Below, piece after piece: positions 51,137 to 52,395 of a stretch of 52,395 bases of DNA (position 1 is the stretch's first letter; each line of letters begins with the position of its first letter). Made by a program: the position numbers and the translations under genes. This stretch comes from Octopus bimaculoides (lineage: Eukaryota), in contig NC_069005.1 in NCBI RefSeq assembly GCF_001194135.2, forward strand, positions 3,476,804-3,529,198. The letters are read 5' to 3'. The notes under the pieces are model-generated. The model saw only the letters and a program-made list of their open reading frames with translations, ran no database searches and was not told the origin of the DNA.

Positions 51137-52256
51137 ACAAATCTTGAACATGTTCGGATGTTAGCAGCTCCAATACACCCAACCTGAAAAGGCAAAGCGT
51201 TCGTCTGTAAGTGTACGGACATTTAAGAGAGAAAACTGGGATTCGAGTGTTGACATTTAAAATGAGTTTGGAAAAATACAAAAAAGAAAGAAAAGACGAT
51301 AGTTAGAACGCTCCGTGAAAATGTGATTCAATTAAATATTTCAAACCAGCTACCCATTTTGGGTTTGTAAATATGTTATCAATTCCTGCTTAGTGAACTG
51401 CTTGGTTGAAATGTTAAAAGATGAAAAAGGGTGAACAACAACAAGACGTTTCAAACTTACGTAAACAGTGTGTAAGTCATAGACAACCTACATAGAGAAT
51501 ATAAACTGAAAGCCAATAATTTAGTTTCAAGATGGAAAGCTAAGTTTATGCGTAAAATTAATATCGTACAAATATGAACTATACGAGATATTTTCACAAT
51601 TTCTTTAATATTTTGTACGATATTCAGAGATAATAAAGAAAGCAAAATAGATATAGCGTGCAATAACGACTGTAAAAAAGAAAAAAAAATAGAAACCAAA
51701 AAAACACAAATACATGAATACACATATACACACATATATATGATTGTATGTACGTATGTATGTATTTAAGATACGGAAGACATATAAAATTGAATGTTCA
51801 CCTCAATGAGTTGATGCCCGACAACACTTTGATCTTTTGACTATAGTATTCTTAAAATTAAAGTGTAATGGATGGTAAGAAAGAGTTTAATCAACAATTG
51901 CTACTATCAAAAGGAAATGGAAACAAACATTAAAAAATATATTAAGAGATTTGAGTCGATAACAAACATGTGTATTAAAGAAGACACACACACACGGATA
52001 CATAATAATACAAACAAGTACCTAAACTTACTCACACCCAACAACACACACACATGTACACGTATATATATATATATTCATATATATATATTTATGTATG
52101 TATTGATATGTATATATACATATATATATATATAAGTATATATATGTGTATGTGTGTATATATGTGTTTGTATATCGATGGGTGAAAGATTGTCTTGGTG
52201 ACTATGTACGCCACGCTTAAACGAGTAATTTATGAAGCATTATATACATAGATACA

Positions 52257-52259
<3 letters not shown>

Positions 52260-52323
<64 letters not shown>

Positions 52324-52395
52324 ATAGATAGATAGATAGATAGATAGATACATAGATAGCTAGATAGATATAGTTTTATATATATATATATATAT
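52260..52395. repeat. (TA)n(GA)n(GATA)n(TA)n compound microsatellite
   Basis: Directly visible. Confidence 0.97.

Overview
AT-rich, microsatellite-dense eukaryotic genomic DNA from a draft assembly. It has 16 N-gaps, most of them flanked by (TA)n, (CA)n, (TC)n or (TATC)n tracts. The SINE sequences resemble the tRNA-derived SINE families I recall from Octopus/cephalopod genomes, so the taxon is an inference and not a database result. I can identify no conserved protein-coding gene. Most ORFs in the supplied track are microsatellite or N-gap artefacts. The window looks intronic or intergenic and holds more than a dozen SINE fragments, two CR1/L2-type LINE 3' fragments, an internally deleted mariner transposon, an R4/Dong-like endonuclease fragment and several fold-back elements. 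The main leads are three. (1) A degenerate minimal type-I hammerhead ribozyme (45791-45838) heads a small repeat; a second copy of that repeat at 2430-2822 forms a ~110-bp-arm palindrome that breaks near the predicted cleavage site (Penelope pLTR/retrozyme-like). (2) A ~2.2-kb diverged inverted duplication (12.3-14.5 kb) encloses an unexplained CpG-rich insert. (3) A speculative terminal exon (36308-36406) would encode RR-NSQSMNVDFPSFGY-GRRR, which has the layout of an amidated neuropeptide. All alignments were done by eye; the coordinates of degenerate repeats are approximate.
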